Shown piece after piece: positions 36,451-50,036 of a DNA stretch of 64,000 bases. Each line of letters begins with the position of its first letter. The first letter of the stretch is position 1. Under the pieces are notes generated by a model, which saw only the letters and a program-made list of their open reading frames with translations, did no database searches and was not told the DNA's origin. This stretch comes from Phoronis australis. Taxonomy: Eukaryota; Animalia; Phoronida. The translations under genes were made by a program, and so were the position numbers. The stretch lies in the NCBI GenBank assembly GCA_002633005.1, contig NMRA01000018.1:769131-833130 (forward strand), in the 5' to 3' direction.

Positions 36451-38308
36451 TTAATGTGTATGAAAATGATTTATTTATATTCGTAATCATATGTCAATCT
36501 AATCTTAACGTCAGTTTATTAGTTTCAGTATTTGTGTATCATGGGGCTATTCGACGCGGTGTCCCTCAAGTACTAGTGGTGATTGAATTGTCAAGCATAG
36601 TTGTCTGCATGTAAACAGTAAAAGGTGTTTCTGGCATCTAAGAAAAACGGACATTCAAACAGAAAATGTAGTTCAGTTTCGACCTGACCAGTGTGACAAA
36701 GACAGGAAATTCTGTCAAATAGTTTTACACATAGGCAAATCAAATGCAATCAAAGGGAATACTTCGGTTTGATCGCCGGAATTTCTATAGGTCAACAGAC
36801 AAAATGACAATTCCCAAGCGTAAACGGTAATTACTTCAGCTTTATAAGGAAGAAGCACAATTGCACTGTCTGGGGCTTTAAAACTGCCTGTTGATGAAAA
36901 TTTTTTTCGATCATCAAAGTGTAAAATTAACGGGCTTTTTACTGACCATAAGACAATCGATGCAGTATCTGAATGCCATTTCCGCATAATGCGTACCAAG
37001 TTCAAAAGTTTTTACCATTAGTATAAAGCCTTTCTTCTGAAAGGAAAAGTTAACGTCACTCAGTGAGAAAGGACATGTATTATACCAGATGGTTTTGGTT
37101 TTCATTTCGCTGGGATCGAGTTTCAATGGCCTTCAGAAGCGCTTGTAAAAAAGATCCAGTTTTGGCATGTGGCTTTCCTTCACGGTACCTGATTCAGCCT
37201 CAGTAAAGTCCACAATTAGATCCTTGAAGATAAACACAACATCATATCACTTGACTCGGCTTTGTGCCCAAAATCTGAGCCTGAACTAGACCAGAGTGTT
37301 ACTAGGTCTTCGTTAGGTTCAGTCCCTCATGTATCTTCTAGGAAAGGAAATAAACCATTGTTGTCCATACATCACTCAATGCCTATGAACGGGCATCCTC
37401 ACCAATGAGGCTGGCTGGTGTATCAGTCAGATATAGTTCTTCTTCACACACAAACAATCCACTGGCACATTTTCTTATGGTGACTTAGTACTGCGATTCA
37501 CATTTCTCCAAGGCCACTGCCTTGTACGTTGTGCCATGCAGCACTGCTGGTGTGTGGACGACATGCTGTGGGAAGAGAAAGGAGTAACAAAGCTTTTTTA
37601 TGTTGCTGGAAGTGGCTTTTAAAATGTCACTGAACCTGGAACAAATACTGAAACATGAATAATTAAGTAAGTCAGGTTGGATCAAAATGTTGCCCTTGTT
37701 TATCAAAAATATGATATGGCAAATGCTTTACAATTTCACACAAAATTAAATAATTACTGTTTCCAGAAAGCAAGGGTATATATAAGTATTGATTTGTATA
37801 GGACTGCGTCTTTATTTTCCATTCCCAGCCATAACAATGCTGTAAACGCATCACTTGTCAGCAAAATATGCAAGTTACTTGAGACAACTTCAAACCTTTG
37901 TTACTCATTTTCACACCTTTTGGTTTTTGATACTTTCAGCAATTTTAAACACCGATTACAGATTCATGAGTCTGTCAAGCACACTTCTGGTCTAAGACTG
38001 AGGGAACCGTTTCTCAGATTTTTATTTTTCTTCTAATAGAGGTTATGAAAACTTGGGTCACTTAAAAAAATGACAGATAATCTTTCTGTTGTTTAAAAGT
38101 AATTAAAAATCCCAAGGCACTATTATTTGATTATTGGCAGTAAGAATAATATGTTCAAATATGACCTCACTCGTATGTTCATATTAAAAAAACAATTTTC
38201 ACAAAAATGACAGTCATATGAATTTATAAATGACTTGCAACATTTCAAGGCATAAGTAAAGGATAGTAAAACAGTTCCATGAAACGTGAAAGAACTTCAT
38301 AAAGAATA

Positions 38309-41300
38309 CCCTGTTGAAATGAAGTTAATAAACTATGAAATATTCATGACAAGTCATGAACAGTTCATGATCCAAGTTCATGAATTGTTCATGAGCTTTT
38401 TGTTCATACAATGGAAGTTAAGATAATCTATTCTGTTCGAACGTACCAACGCACTGGGTTTGACTGTGTTCACATGTGATCGGTAATAAAACTAGTAGAT
38501 AATTGATCAGCATGTTGTCATACCAGACAAAAGACTGTGCTCGGAAGTTTACAAAAGGGCTAGATGTTATCACACGCTAACAACCGCTGTACCTCTGGTA
38601 AAGTCACGGGACGGGAGAACGCCATAATAAACTTTAAAAACCTGTCACTTATCAATATGACTCCAATGAGGAAATTTTCAACAATGTTAATTCACACTTA
38701 ATTTACACTCCCATTAAATGCGACCGGGTATTTCAATTTTACGTAGTTACCCGGGGTCATTTTCAATACTGAAAACTAAGACCCAAGGAGTGTACTAGTA
38801 CAGAAGAGTTCACTCCGCCATAACACTAGAGCCCCAAACGGTAAATAATCAACAATTAGTTAGGAGCGCAGTCCGAACAATGTAGACACTGATAAATTCA
38901 TACTTTAATGACATTCAACGTGCAATAAAACTACTGTGTGATTGAAAATCGTTAGAGCACATAAACTTACATCCACTTACAATAGAATGAAAAAGAAAAT
39001 AAAGAAAATGTGTATTTTAATCAACAGTGTTTTTGTTTTGTTCTCTTGAAGCTCCCTTCAAAATCCATCATGGCTTTATTTCATGTTTGAATTCTTAAGA
39101 CGGCAATTATCGTTCCTTTTAACAGTTCATACCACCATGGACTACATAATTTGAATGATTGCTCCTGGGGGTTCAGAGGGGAATTTCCCCCAGGTGCCAG
39201 CTAAGGGGGTACCACGCAGAAACCAGGTGGCTCCCATGTAACCCCCCTCCCAGGGGGGTTACATGGGAGGAGTGCTAAACAGGTAAAAACCAATGGGTAT
39301 GTATACCACATGGGTGTTGAACCCATCCCATCGTCACACATTTTGGTTGCACCCCTGACCATTGACAAAAGTGTTGCTCCCAGCTCACTGCTGGTTTCAT
39401 CTCCACCCAACAATTTCGCATGTGTTCCCTATTCAATGCACCAGGCTACTAGCAATGCAGACAATTGTTTTGTGCAGTGGGTGTTACACACGTGAGAAGA
39501 AGAAAGCAAGGCAATTCATCACTACCACAAAATCGTAATACAATTTTAGAACATTCCATTATTTCTTAGACATGGCAGTATAGGGCTCAATCCCACTCTC
39601 CCACTCACCAACAGTTACAAGTCACTTGCTAATCTGTAGAATAGCTCACAACTTACAAAATGAAGTAGCATTGAGTATATAATCAATCATAACTAGTCAA
39701 AGTTCAAAAGATGACAAAGCATTAAGAGGTACTGAACAGCAATCAAAATATTCACTACCCACATAGCTTCATACAAAATTGAATTAAAAAGTCTTGGATG
39801 ATAAAACCAAAATTTTATTTTATATACCCACTGTTCCTATTATCAATAACAGTAAATATTTCAGGTAAGTTTAAGCCAGATCACAAGGTCATATCTGATA
39901 CCGCTAGCTACAACTGGGGCTTAAATTAATCACAATTTCCAAAAACGTACAAAATAGGCAACACATACACCAACCAATACAACAATAAAATCTGACCAAC
40001 CTTGTCACTCTCTATTAATTCACTACTAAACAACAGCACTTTTCGCCAAAGAAGTGCGTTATAAATAAAGCTGAAAACTAATTTACTCACAGAGGTGTTT
40101 GTCATCGAGAAGCAAAATGATACGGATAGCTTGGGTTTAACAAAATTTCAGCCCACCACTCAAACTCTGAATGATCCATCAGTTTCACTTTGGCTCTCTC
40201 CAAATCACAGGCTAACCATTCATAAAATGTTTCAATCTGATCAACCTTAGTAAAATACGAAAACCAGATTTTGACTAATTGTCCTTTCTACTCGTGATGT
40301 TCCACTGAACTTGCTTTGTGAGACAATAATTAGAAATGCAAAAAGCCTATTCCAGAGCTGTAATATAATTTCCGGAGACATTTTTGACCCTGACATCTTC
40401 ATTTTTGGTGGAATCCGCACATCAAATATAGTTCGGGCACTGCAGTCAATACCAGCTTGTTCTTCATGAACATGGACTCCTCGAAGTGATGAGAGCATGA
40501 CTTACAGTTCTTGGACAAATAGGCTGCATTTCTATTCATAAGGTCAGCTCCCAGCGCTTGCACCTCAACAGAAATCAATGACTGAGAGACTCAGGAACTA
40601 ACCTCATACTCACTAGGCTCACAGAAGATTGGTAGCCTACACTTAAGTACACTACACTACAGAATTCCTATTGTAGTGTGATTGTAATAGAGACAAAAGC
40701 GTTTTGGTGTCAACTGAAAAAAAAACTCTGACTCAAATGTTGATCCACTGATATTTTAATAGGGCCGCGCATCCGCATCATTGACACATAGAATTAAGTT
40801 TTCAATGACGCACTGCTTAATTTAATTAGTCCAACTGGCACATTAAAATTATGTTGATTTTTTCACCTTTTCACCGAGACTCACAGATTCTCTAACTTGA
40901 CTCATGACAGACTTGTGGCCCTGTGGCTGTGATTGTGCCATGGCAGTGTCACCAGTCATATTACTCATGGTCATGGGCATGGGTATATTTTCCTAAAATT
41001 ATCCTTGTGATCGTACGGGTGGCATTTTGATTTGGAATTCATGGACTGTAAGTAACCAAAAAGCTGACGATCACATCGTACGTTCATCATAGTCCTTCCG
41101 CCGGCAGCCCGGCTGTACAGTAGGCCTAGCCTACACTGCAGACAACAGTGGCAACGGGACTGCGATCGACTTGTCTAACAACCGTGAACAGAACACACAA
41201 AATGAAAGCCAATAACAGATACTCCTTGCCTTTCTGGATCCTTAGGAAACCTAAAAACGACACGTCTGGGGTTTTCGTGGATGAATTCATGCAATTTATC

Positions 41301-43721
41301 GCACTGCAAAATGCGTCCTTCCCCATTATTTTGGCGCTTCCTGGCTGACAGTTCCTTAGCCACCACTTAATTGGCGGCGCTAGTGTTAGCGGTAACAGCG
41401 AACTCACAAGTGAACTCTCCTATACTACTACACTCCTTGCTAAGACTTACTGGGGTACAACAAAAGTACGTCCCAAGTGAGCAGCACGTCTCCTGGATAT
41501 AATGTATTTGCATCGAGCGACACGAATTACATTATAAATTTGCGTTACAATAAGTGCTACATCACATGTTTTTGTACACTTCTGGAAAAAATCACACTCT
41601 TCGGCATCTTTATTTGTTAGATATTGCGCTTTGAAAAGAGCAATTTGCCCCGTTTGTTTACATTGCAATTAGCCGTGTCACATGACTAGTAGCACTCTCC
41701 AATATGGCGTCATGTTGTCAGCTGCAGTTAGCGCGTGCGCCCGGTCTATAGTATTAAGATGTCTATGGCTAGGTCTTTAAAATTTTGGGGCTCCCTCAGT
41801 TCACACCCAACTTAAGGTAAACATTATATGTAGGATCCTCGAAAATGTGGTCGAATTTGGCCATTTTCAGAACAATCTCAAAAATAGCTGATTGGATCCA
41901 TCAGACCAGTGACATATGCACTGTTCCCCAACATGCTGTTAGCAATTGTTTTATAAATTTTCCGCTTTTGCACGACAGGCTATCACAAATAGACTTTACT
42001 TACTCATAGACAGATTTAGGGGGGAGCAAGGGGCCCGTCCCTCCATGGGGGGCAGGGGACCCGTCCCCCCAGGGCCCGCCCAACACCCTCTTGGCTGCTG
42101 CCAGAAAAATAAAACGGCGATGAACATGCGGCTGAAACAAGACTTAGCAAGGGCTCTCCCGTTTTTTTAGTCCTCCATTCCGCGTGGTTGCCCTAGACAA
42201 GATGTTGCCTACCCTTATGATATCCAAGACCTGTCACTGTTACTAACTTTTATGAAAAAAGTTGCATGAAACGAAAATGATGAGATTTCATTGTGAACAT
42301 TTATGTCAAACAAATTTGGTCATGCATTTTGATACTGTTAATTGCTATTGACGTATACCTTTCTTTTTTGCTAAGTTTAAAAGTCATACAGTCACATGAC
42401 CCAACTGAAAGCAGCTTAATTGGTACAATGTCAAAAATCAAATTCTACATGCTTTCTAACTTTTAGAAAATATATAAATAACAAATTTGACCCTTTTTCT
42501 AACCATGGCTGAATTGCAAAAGACAAAGTAAATTGCCAGTAATAATATAAAGACAATTTCAACAACCTCCTACTCCTAAAACAACAATTTCAAACTGAGA
42601 AAAATGTTTATTAGAAGGGATCTTATTGGTCTACTTGGTTTGCTCTAAAGTGACAGCCACCAGCTGGTGTTTGACAACAGCCGAGCACCATCCACAGGCT
42701 GCCATGTCGCATGGAAATCCCCCGGCATTACCCCCGGCGAATAGATCAGGATGAGCCCGAAACCTACGTAGTCAAATAACCTTATTTCAATACACAATTG
42801 TTAAGGACATGGAGACAGCAATTAGTCCTACATAGTTGGTCCTCCAGTTTACCACAGAAGAAATGTGACTATTTCAGTGACTTTGTGAAGCATCTTCCAT
42901 CTGACTGGATCTAATTTATTTTCAGACTGTCTGATTGATTTGCCTTTAGCCCAGACATTGTTCATTGCTAAATATTTGTTGCTTAAGGTATTTTGTTAGA
43001 TTGTGGTAAAAAATCTTCAGCTTGGGACATAAATTTCTCAACAAGAGTAAATTTTCAGGAAAAATTACTTTACTTTACTTTACTTTAGTTTTAGCATGGT
43101 TTGTAAGGCATGGCTATTACAAACTAATATTTGGTAAAATTTTGAAATATTTGCAAGTAAGCATCTGTAAAACAGAAACATGACAATTTAGCAAATTATT
43201 TCGTCTCAAATTAAAAAAAAATTACCTACCTTAATTTTGAAGTAATTCAAATTTTTGTGTACTCCGTAATGGCTTTACAAACGTTATTTGTGTGAAAATG
43301 TTAAATATTAAGTGACGTCAGTTGCACGAAACATATTTGTAAATTACGTTCTCATGGATGCAATTGCCACTGAGTGCACTGATTTATAACAGCATGGCAT
43401 TTATTAGAGACAAAATCATGAAATACACCTAAATGGATTAAGTTCATGAACTTGACGTTTACGTGCTTTTATTTCATGAATTTTGGTTCATGAACTAGTT
43501 CATGAATTTTGGTTCATAAAATATAAATGAGAACGGTTCATGAACTAGTTCATGAATTAAGTTCATGATTTTAGTTCATGAACTTTGAGTTCATGAATTG
43601 TCTCATTTGTATTTCATGAACATTAATGATCATTCATGAACTTATTCATGAATTAGTTCATGAGTAATTCATGAATAGTTCATGAATAGTTCATGAACAT
43701 TCATGAAGCATTTCAACAGGG
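38309..43721. mobile_element. TIR element with CCC...GGG ends and TTCATGAA subterminal arrays (EnSpm/CACTA-like)
   Basis: CCCTGTTGAAATG / CATTTCAACAGGG. Dense TTCATGAA palindromes at 38335-38400 and 43415-43710. The TSD is imperfect (TA versus CA). Confidence 0.6.
40410..41326 (-). pseudogene. Two-exon THAP zinc-finger remnant, probably from a P-element-like transposase
   Basis: MGKDAFCSAINCMNS..PDVSF/FRFPKDPER, an intron, then CKRW...CSHHFEESMF..KLVLTAVP/TIFDV, with frameshifts. A CATAGAC-type end lies upstream at 41767. Confidence 0.7.
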
Positions 43722-44789
43722 CAAGAATTACCTCACTATGCTCTTTCCTCCGAACACTATTACCTGTTATTTCCACACATTCAGTTGCACCAAATTTTAC
43801 AACCCCAACCCCCTATGCCAACCTCCCACTAAGGACTTCAATAAGTAAATTAACAAAATAAGACAACGTATATACCATTCTTTAAAAATAGCGTTGTTCT
43901 TTGTCTCCGATATAGAAAGTAGGCTTTGACAACAGATCTGCACTGGATAGGAAGATCTTGCTGTTTAGCTGCCTGCACTCGATTCCTTAAAACCAATTTT
44001 CGTCCATTCAGGGACGGTTGCAGAAGCGATGCATATCTCCTCTGCACGGTACTAGCCCTCAAACCTAAAAACCAAAAGTCAGGTGAAAACAGACTTCTTA
44101 TATTTCCATGTCAACGTGTTATATATTTCCGGAGGACATGGGGTAGGGAGTAAACAAATAGTCTAATGGATATTTGTCACGTACCCTTTGGGCTTGGATT
44201 GTAGTCTTACGTCACTAAAAAATATCGAGTTGACCGCATTAACATTCTGCATTGGATGATGTAACTGTCACTGATAAACCTGTTAGAAATCATTCCAAAC
44301 ATAAAAAATAATGCTTTGATACACGAAAAGATCCCGAATGCTATGTCAAGTATAGTAACACACATCAGTCATCACAACAAATGATGAACAGACTGGCGAC
44401 TGACGCGAAGTCGACATCAGCCAGTACCCCAATTAACAGGTATCAGTATTGTAAGCAGGGAATAACCGCTAAAATAATCACAAACCTTACCTTTGTATAA
44501 AGTCATGCTTACTTCCCCTCGCAGAAGCACCCTTTTCACGCAATCGCAGATTCAGTTGGCCCGGCTGCAAGCTATTTCACCAAGTATTTAAAGGGCTCGC
44601 GAATCGAGGCTGCTTAATCTATCATCACTAGTACACGCGCGCCCTCTAGTAATGTAAAAATTGTCGAATAGTCACATTGTATATAGATTTCTTTGTATTT
44701 ATCTAGCCAAGATACAATGCCTCTTGGCGCTTTCTGGGTTTGTATATTTATGGTACAGACTATTTCATAATAAACATTAAAAATACGCT

Positions 44790-45460
44790 ATCCATGGGCT
44801 GGTAGATGAGGTACATGGCGTTAGCAACAGCTTCACAGTTACATCTACTTAAGAGACACAGAACACAGATTTCAAGTAATTCAGCAATTCCCACCAATCG
44901 CTTCGTCACCTGCAGGCAGACAGATAACGTACATGACGCCAGCAAAAGGCTCACAACTTGGGAGACACTAATTATGCATTTCAACTAATTCATCTATTCA
45001 AACTAATCGCTGCGCTTCCAGCGGGAATTTACACCAAACACGCATTTCAACTAATTCAACTATTCTCACTAATTTCTGTGCCACCTGCAGCCAAGCCAGT
45101 GGCTCTCAGGTCTTTCTTTCTCGCAATGTCAGTACTACTTCAGATGACGTTACAATTGGTAGAATTAGTTGAATATATCAGAGCCGGATAGGTAGAAATA
45201 ACTTGGGATTAGTTGTATCCAACTAAAATCAACTAATTCAACTATTCCTACTAACGCGCCGAGCCACCTGCAGGCAGACATATATCCTACATGACGTCAC
45301 CAACAGGCTCACAATTTTAGAGACACCAAACACGAATTTCAACTAATCGCTACGTCACCTGAGGGGGCAGGTTAACGACAAATATGACGTCAGCAACAGG
45401 CTCGCATGGTGATGGCAGGATAAGCCGGGATAAGTTGTGATTAGTTCAGTACAACTAAAC
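44790..45460 (+). repeat. Tandem-repeat element (CAACTAATTCAACTATT / GCCACCTGC units); its left part is at 34500-34625
   Basis: The same unit motifs occur on both sides of the nested LINE. Confidence 0.6.
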
Positions 45461-46297
45461 ATTCTGACTTGAATGCATTTTATCGCTATGCAATAGTGTC
45501 GTAAGTTGATGTCGTGATTCATGAAAAGATGCCAAAAGTTAACGTAATGATCTAGTTTTTATTGAGTGACACTGATCGATTTAGAAACGAGATCAATCTT
45601 CGAGATTTTTTTCTGTCAGAAAAGGAAACAAAAGAGCTATGATTTTGCAAGTGGTCTTTTTAATGAGAATTCATTAATTTGGGATAGCAAATTCTAGTTC
45701 AGGAAACGTGTACAGAACAGAGGATAATCATGTTCTAAGCCAAGTTTGTTTTTAAACTATTGTGAAGGTCCCACATACCACATTTCGTCAAATTTCTTTG
45801 AAAACCGCGGTTTGCACAATCTTCAAGAAGAGTCAGCACATGTGAGTAGCATTGGATTGTGACAGAGTACGGTGTCTGTTTGAAGCCTTCAGAGTGAATG
45901 AATCTAGGCGTCTGAATAGGTTGGCGTAATGTACATGTATGAATGGGCTCGTGTAAAAGCTTAGTTTCGTAGATATATCGCTGTTTGCTACAGTCGTTCG
46001 CTTCCCTAGGATCCATTGTGACCACATAACTCTGTGTTAGTAACGGTTTAAATGAATCATGATCAGAACACATCGTATCTGCTTTTTAGTACGCTTGACA
46101 GAATATACTGCCACAACAGCTTCGCGCTTATGGGACTTCGCAACTATAACAACGGTAGGCGTGGCCTAATTGCGTTTGTCGTAGCTATTCATTCGCTGCC
46201 TTTCTTCTTCAAAAGAATACCAAAGCATTATTCAGGTTATAAGTGCAATGGGCCCACAAGCGTACAGCGTGTAACAGACCACCTGCAATTATTGATA

Positions 46298-46456
46298 TAC
46301 ACACACGCACGCTCACGTGCACGCGCACACACGCATATACGCATACATACATATATACATTCATACATACATACATAAGTACATAAACTTCGTTAATAAC
46401 ACGACTAAACTTTTTCTTAGCGAGCTTGATACTGGTACTTCCGTAATTTCGGAACA
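46298..46456. repeat. Microsatellite-bearing interspersed repeat family B, continuing at 48735-48752
   Basis: (CA)/(TACA)n followed by TTAGCGAGCTTGATACTGGTAC..TAATTTCGGAACA. The inverted copy of this motif is at 49360-49415. Confidence 0.6.
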
Positions 46457-48734
46457 CAGTGGAGGATCTACGTTTTCAGCAAGGGGGGTTAAGATTCCCG
46501 CCAAGGTCGAATCCTAGGCGCGTGGCGCCGAGCGGGGGGAGGTCGGCAGGGGGGTTTCCCCTCCCGTGTAAGATATTTTTTGTTTTTGTATCCAAATAGT
46601 GAAATTTCCATGCATCCTGGTAAGTTTCTGGCACTTAACATGTCTCTGGAGTTTTTCTTAAGATAATAAAAAACCCTTCTCGATTTCGTTACATGAACTT
46701 GGCTCATAAGTTTCGTGAAACCATATTGTGCACATCTGGGTATGAGTCACGCCACCAGCAAAAATTTTGGAATATGTGCTTACACACACCTTTTTTAGCA
46801 TACGAAAAGTCGTATATGAAAAAGTGTGGTGTGTATACAGGGGTTTAGGCAATTTCCAAATATTCAAGAGCATAATTAAGGAGCACCGACGGGGCGTAAA
46901 AACTTGAATATCAGATGATTGCGTAACAGTAGCCTCAAGTTGTTTAAGAACGAAGACCTGTACTGTTAGTCTGGAAATAAACATGTGTTCTGTCTCGTTA
47001 CGAGAAAAACTGGCGAACGATGGTGCTCTCAACTCATAGTCTATTATTAAAAGCGACAATAAATAATTAGGTATCACTTTATTAAGCTGAATCACGTTGA
47101 CAACAATTGAAAAACGTCAAATCTATCAGGAAACATATCATCTGAAAACAGTTTCACGAAACCAAAACATCCTGTGCACAGTGGTGAAAAGATACTCTGG
47201 ACTAGTTTCAGAGAGACCAGATGTACACTGAGAGTACATGTACACAAAAAGCTGACCTGGTCCGTCACGAGACCAAGAGTACACCTGTGCTTATTATCCC
47301 TATAAAAATAGTCGATCTGTCGCGGGACCAAACAGTAGATAAATAGTTTTACAAAGCACACTTTGGTAAAAAAATCACAAGACTAGTTCGCTGAGGGACC
47401 AGAAGTACACTGAAACTCAACATTTACAAAAATCAAGCTGGCCTGGTCCGTCGCGAGATCTAAAGTGTACTATGCAAAAAAATTTGAATTGAAAACTTCT
47501 CTCTAAAATTTTAATCCCCAGTGGTTACTCAATCGTTAGTCCTATCCTTCTGTTGTCTGTCTATTTGTATATCGGATCCAATGATTTGCTCGTCTTGGAA
47601 CCATTCTACCCAGATATCTTCGATGTTTGTTCCCAACGCTTGCACTTCGTCAACTGCTGTGTCAATGAGCTTGTAAGCCTCTACAATGTCAGCATCTCGT
47701 TTCGCAGCTCAGTTGACACTAAGACCCTTGAGGTTGCCAAGTCCATTCAAAAGACTTACATGCGCAACTAAATTTGATCCGTTCATCATGGACTACTTCA
47801 AAACCTTGACGAAGCATCCCAGTACCTATTTGCATCTCTTGCAATTTTCGAAATAAACGTCCCAATGTCTGAACGCTTGAAACCCAAAGTACTAATATCA
47901 AATAAATGCCCATGGGCATGAGCGTTTCATCGGGTGAGCCTTTGTGCGAAAATTCCCAGTATAGAAGACGGCAGTGTGCTTATTGCAGGTAGACAGACGG
48001 TAGGTGTTGAGGTCGGACCTAGGGCTCCTTAGGAGGCCTATTGAACATCGCACGAGTCCCGCAAGATTTTGTTGTGAAAGAACAGCCTCCCCGCAATTTC
48101 TGGTACTGTACACTTTTCGCGAATGCGGTCACTTTCTCAATGTGAGTGACCCCTTGGTCATTCCTTGTATAGACATAACTTGTTAAAGAGTGCGTCTTCA
48201 AACGGACTCGCGACCAGACCATGACGCCCGCCACAATAGCAATTCTTCGGAAAAAGATTTTTTTTCAAAAATATTACATGTACATGTACTTGTACACAAT
48301 ATTACATGTACATGTACACTGTATGATATTGCGCAAGACAACTTTACTATACATCAGTTACAAACGTGTGGAGTGTAATAGAACGACACGGCATGACAGA
48401 TGAGGTAAAAACGTTGCACGTCAATTCGCCTGAATATCAGGGTTGCGGCACCGCAGTATTTCCCCTAATCAAATCAAAATATATCTTAAGAGTAAAGAAG
48501 CTAGTTACCAAAAGAAATCAGCTATAGAGCCACAAAGACTCAACAATTCACAATGCAAAAAACTATATTTTCAGAGTGAACCCCCCCCCTCAATTTTTCC
48601 AAGTTGGTTTACTTGGGGTTTACACACGCTGGCGGTGTCGTTTTTGTTTTGCTGGATACGCTTTTTTTTTAATTTTTGGATCCTGGCCCGAGGGGGAATT
48701 TAAACCCCCTGAACACCCCGTAGATCCGCCACTG
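46457..48734 (-). mobile_element. hAT-type transposon relic with 5-bp TSD GAACA
   Basis: GAACA|CAGTGGAGGATCTAC...GTAGATCCGCCACTG|GAACA. Minus-strand transposase remnant KGLSV..RDADIVEAYKLID..V.E...NIEDIW.EWF at ~47600-47730. Confidence 0.75.
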
Positions 48735-49359
48735 GAACAGTCTCCTTTCTTTTGGTGAGCAGGTATGACTATAAGAATATCAGAATACAAAGTCACGTCA
48801 GTTTGTCATGACAAACACCTCCAGTCGTGAAAGACCAGTGGCCAAATGTAATGTTGTTTACCATTTCACATGTCATACGTGAACAGCGTTACGGTAAGTG
48901 TGTTCTCTCTCGCGACGGTTTTCCATGCACTTGCAGGGGGGTCCATTCAAGATCACGTAGTACACCAACATGGGTGAAAAATAACTAGGCAAGAAATAGT
49001 AGACAATACCATCATTCGCTATGTTGAAAATGACAAATTTCCGCTAAAGATTTTGGAATCGCTATAGATCAGTCACGAAAAAACAGTCTTGAATAAACAG
49101 CTCACAAGTTTGTATCGCACGCTGGCTCTGTTTCGATAGGGTTACGGGGTTCCTACCATGTGTTGCATTCACACTCTCTGCTTGTATGCCCCTCTTCCCG
49201 CTGTCACGTGTATTTCTCTGTTTATTTCGCTCTGTGGATGTCCATTCCACACACTGCCTGATGATTTGACATGGAGTCATGAAATATACTTGTAGCTATT
49301 GTTAATATTTGCTTGTTTGTTACGTCTCATGGTCTTTTACATCATACCTGAACACCAGA

Positions 49360-49443
49360 TGAAAGGAGACTGTTCCGAAATTACGAACGTACCAGTACCA
49401 AGCTCGCTAAAAAAAAGAAGGGCTACTACCGAACTACACACAC

Positions 49444-49488
<45 letters not shown>

Positions 49489-49502
49489 CACACACACACA
49501 TA
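49360..49502. repeat. Second family B copy with a long (CA)n tract
   Basis: GAAAGGAGACTGTTCCGAAATTACG...CCAAGCTCGCTAAAA followed by (CA)n at 49436-49500. Confidence 0.65.
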
Positions 49503-49850
49503 TACCTATATTTCAGGCCAATTAACGGATATTGAGTATCACTAATCACTTAATTCTTTGTAAAAATAATGCTCTAACCCTCGTCATCCCTGAAAGATAT
49601 GGAGAATGTCCCTTGCAAACTTTACGAAAGGGCGACGAATGCCTAACGCTTCGGGCTAGTTTATCGACGATTGTGGTGAAAGACGTCCACCTCGAATACA
49701 TGTAAGAAAGGTTAAACTTTGACATACAGTTAGAGTCGAGTTGAAGGTTTTTGTCCCTCAGGGAGCACAAACTGCACACTAGCACGAGACGAAGTCAGTT
49801 TTGGGTGAAATCATCAATTACGATGTATTGTTTCATTTCAAACTACATAC

Positions 49851-50036
49851 CATTGTCGAGGTTTCCTTTACAAAAGCCACAGGAGAGTGAGCAGTTGAAG
49901 GTCATATACGTCTTCTCCAAATCACACCACCCATTTTTCATTAAGTGAGAACAATTAACGTCAAGGTCGAAACATGCTGACCTCGCAAATATCTCTGTTG
50001 CAGCAGTGGAGCTCAGTATTGTTCTTCTTGATACAC
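49851..50036 (-). CDS. Internal exon encoding an ShKT (ShK toxin-like) domain
   Basis: CFDLDVNCSHLMKNGWCDLEKTYMTFNCSLSCGFC has the six-cysteine ShKT spacing. TTACTTTTCAG| acceptor and |GTATGT donor. 186 nt, symmetric phase 1-1, no stops. Confidence 0.85.

Larger units (their letters stand above)
36543..44675 (-). mobile_element. ISL2EU-like DNA transposon relic with YqaJ-type exonuclease remnants
   Basis: AT|GGGGCTATTCGAC...GTCGAATAGTCAC|AT, with a shared subterminal GTACTAGTG(G/A)TGAT. Minus-strand remnants AVLHGTTY..VA, GLFV..YL..PASLIGED and CPFSL at 36900-37560. SAP-like SLNGRKLVLRNRV..A...LPI at ~43950-44030. Confidence 0.65.
34635..44783 (+). mobile_element. 5'-truncated second copy of the CR1-like LINE, split in three (34635-35055, 36455-36542, 44676-44783)
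   Basis: The pieces match ~12285-12665, ~12668-12750 and ~12758-12870 of the first copy collinearly. Confidence 0.8.

Noticed and set aside
49337-49549. CV/HT-repeat peptides
   Set aside because: Translations of a (CA)n microsatellite.
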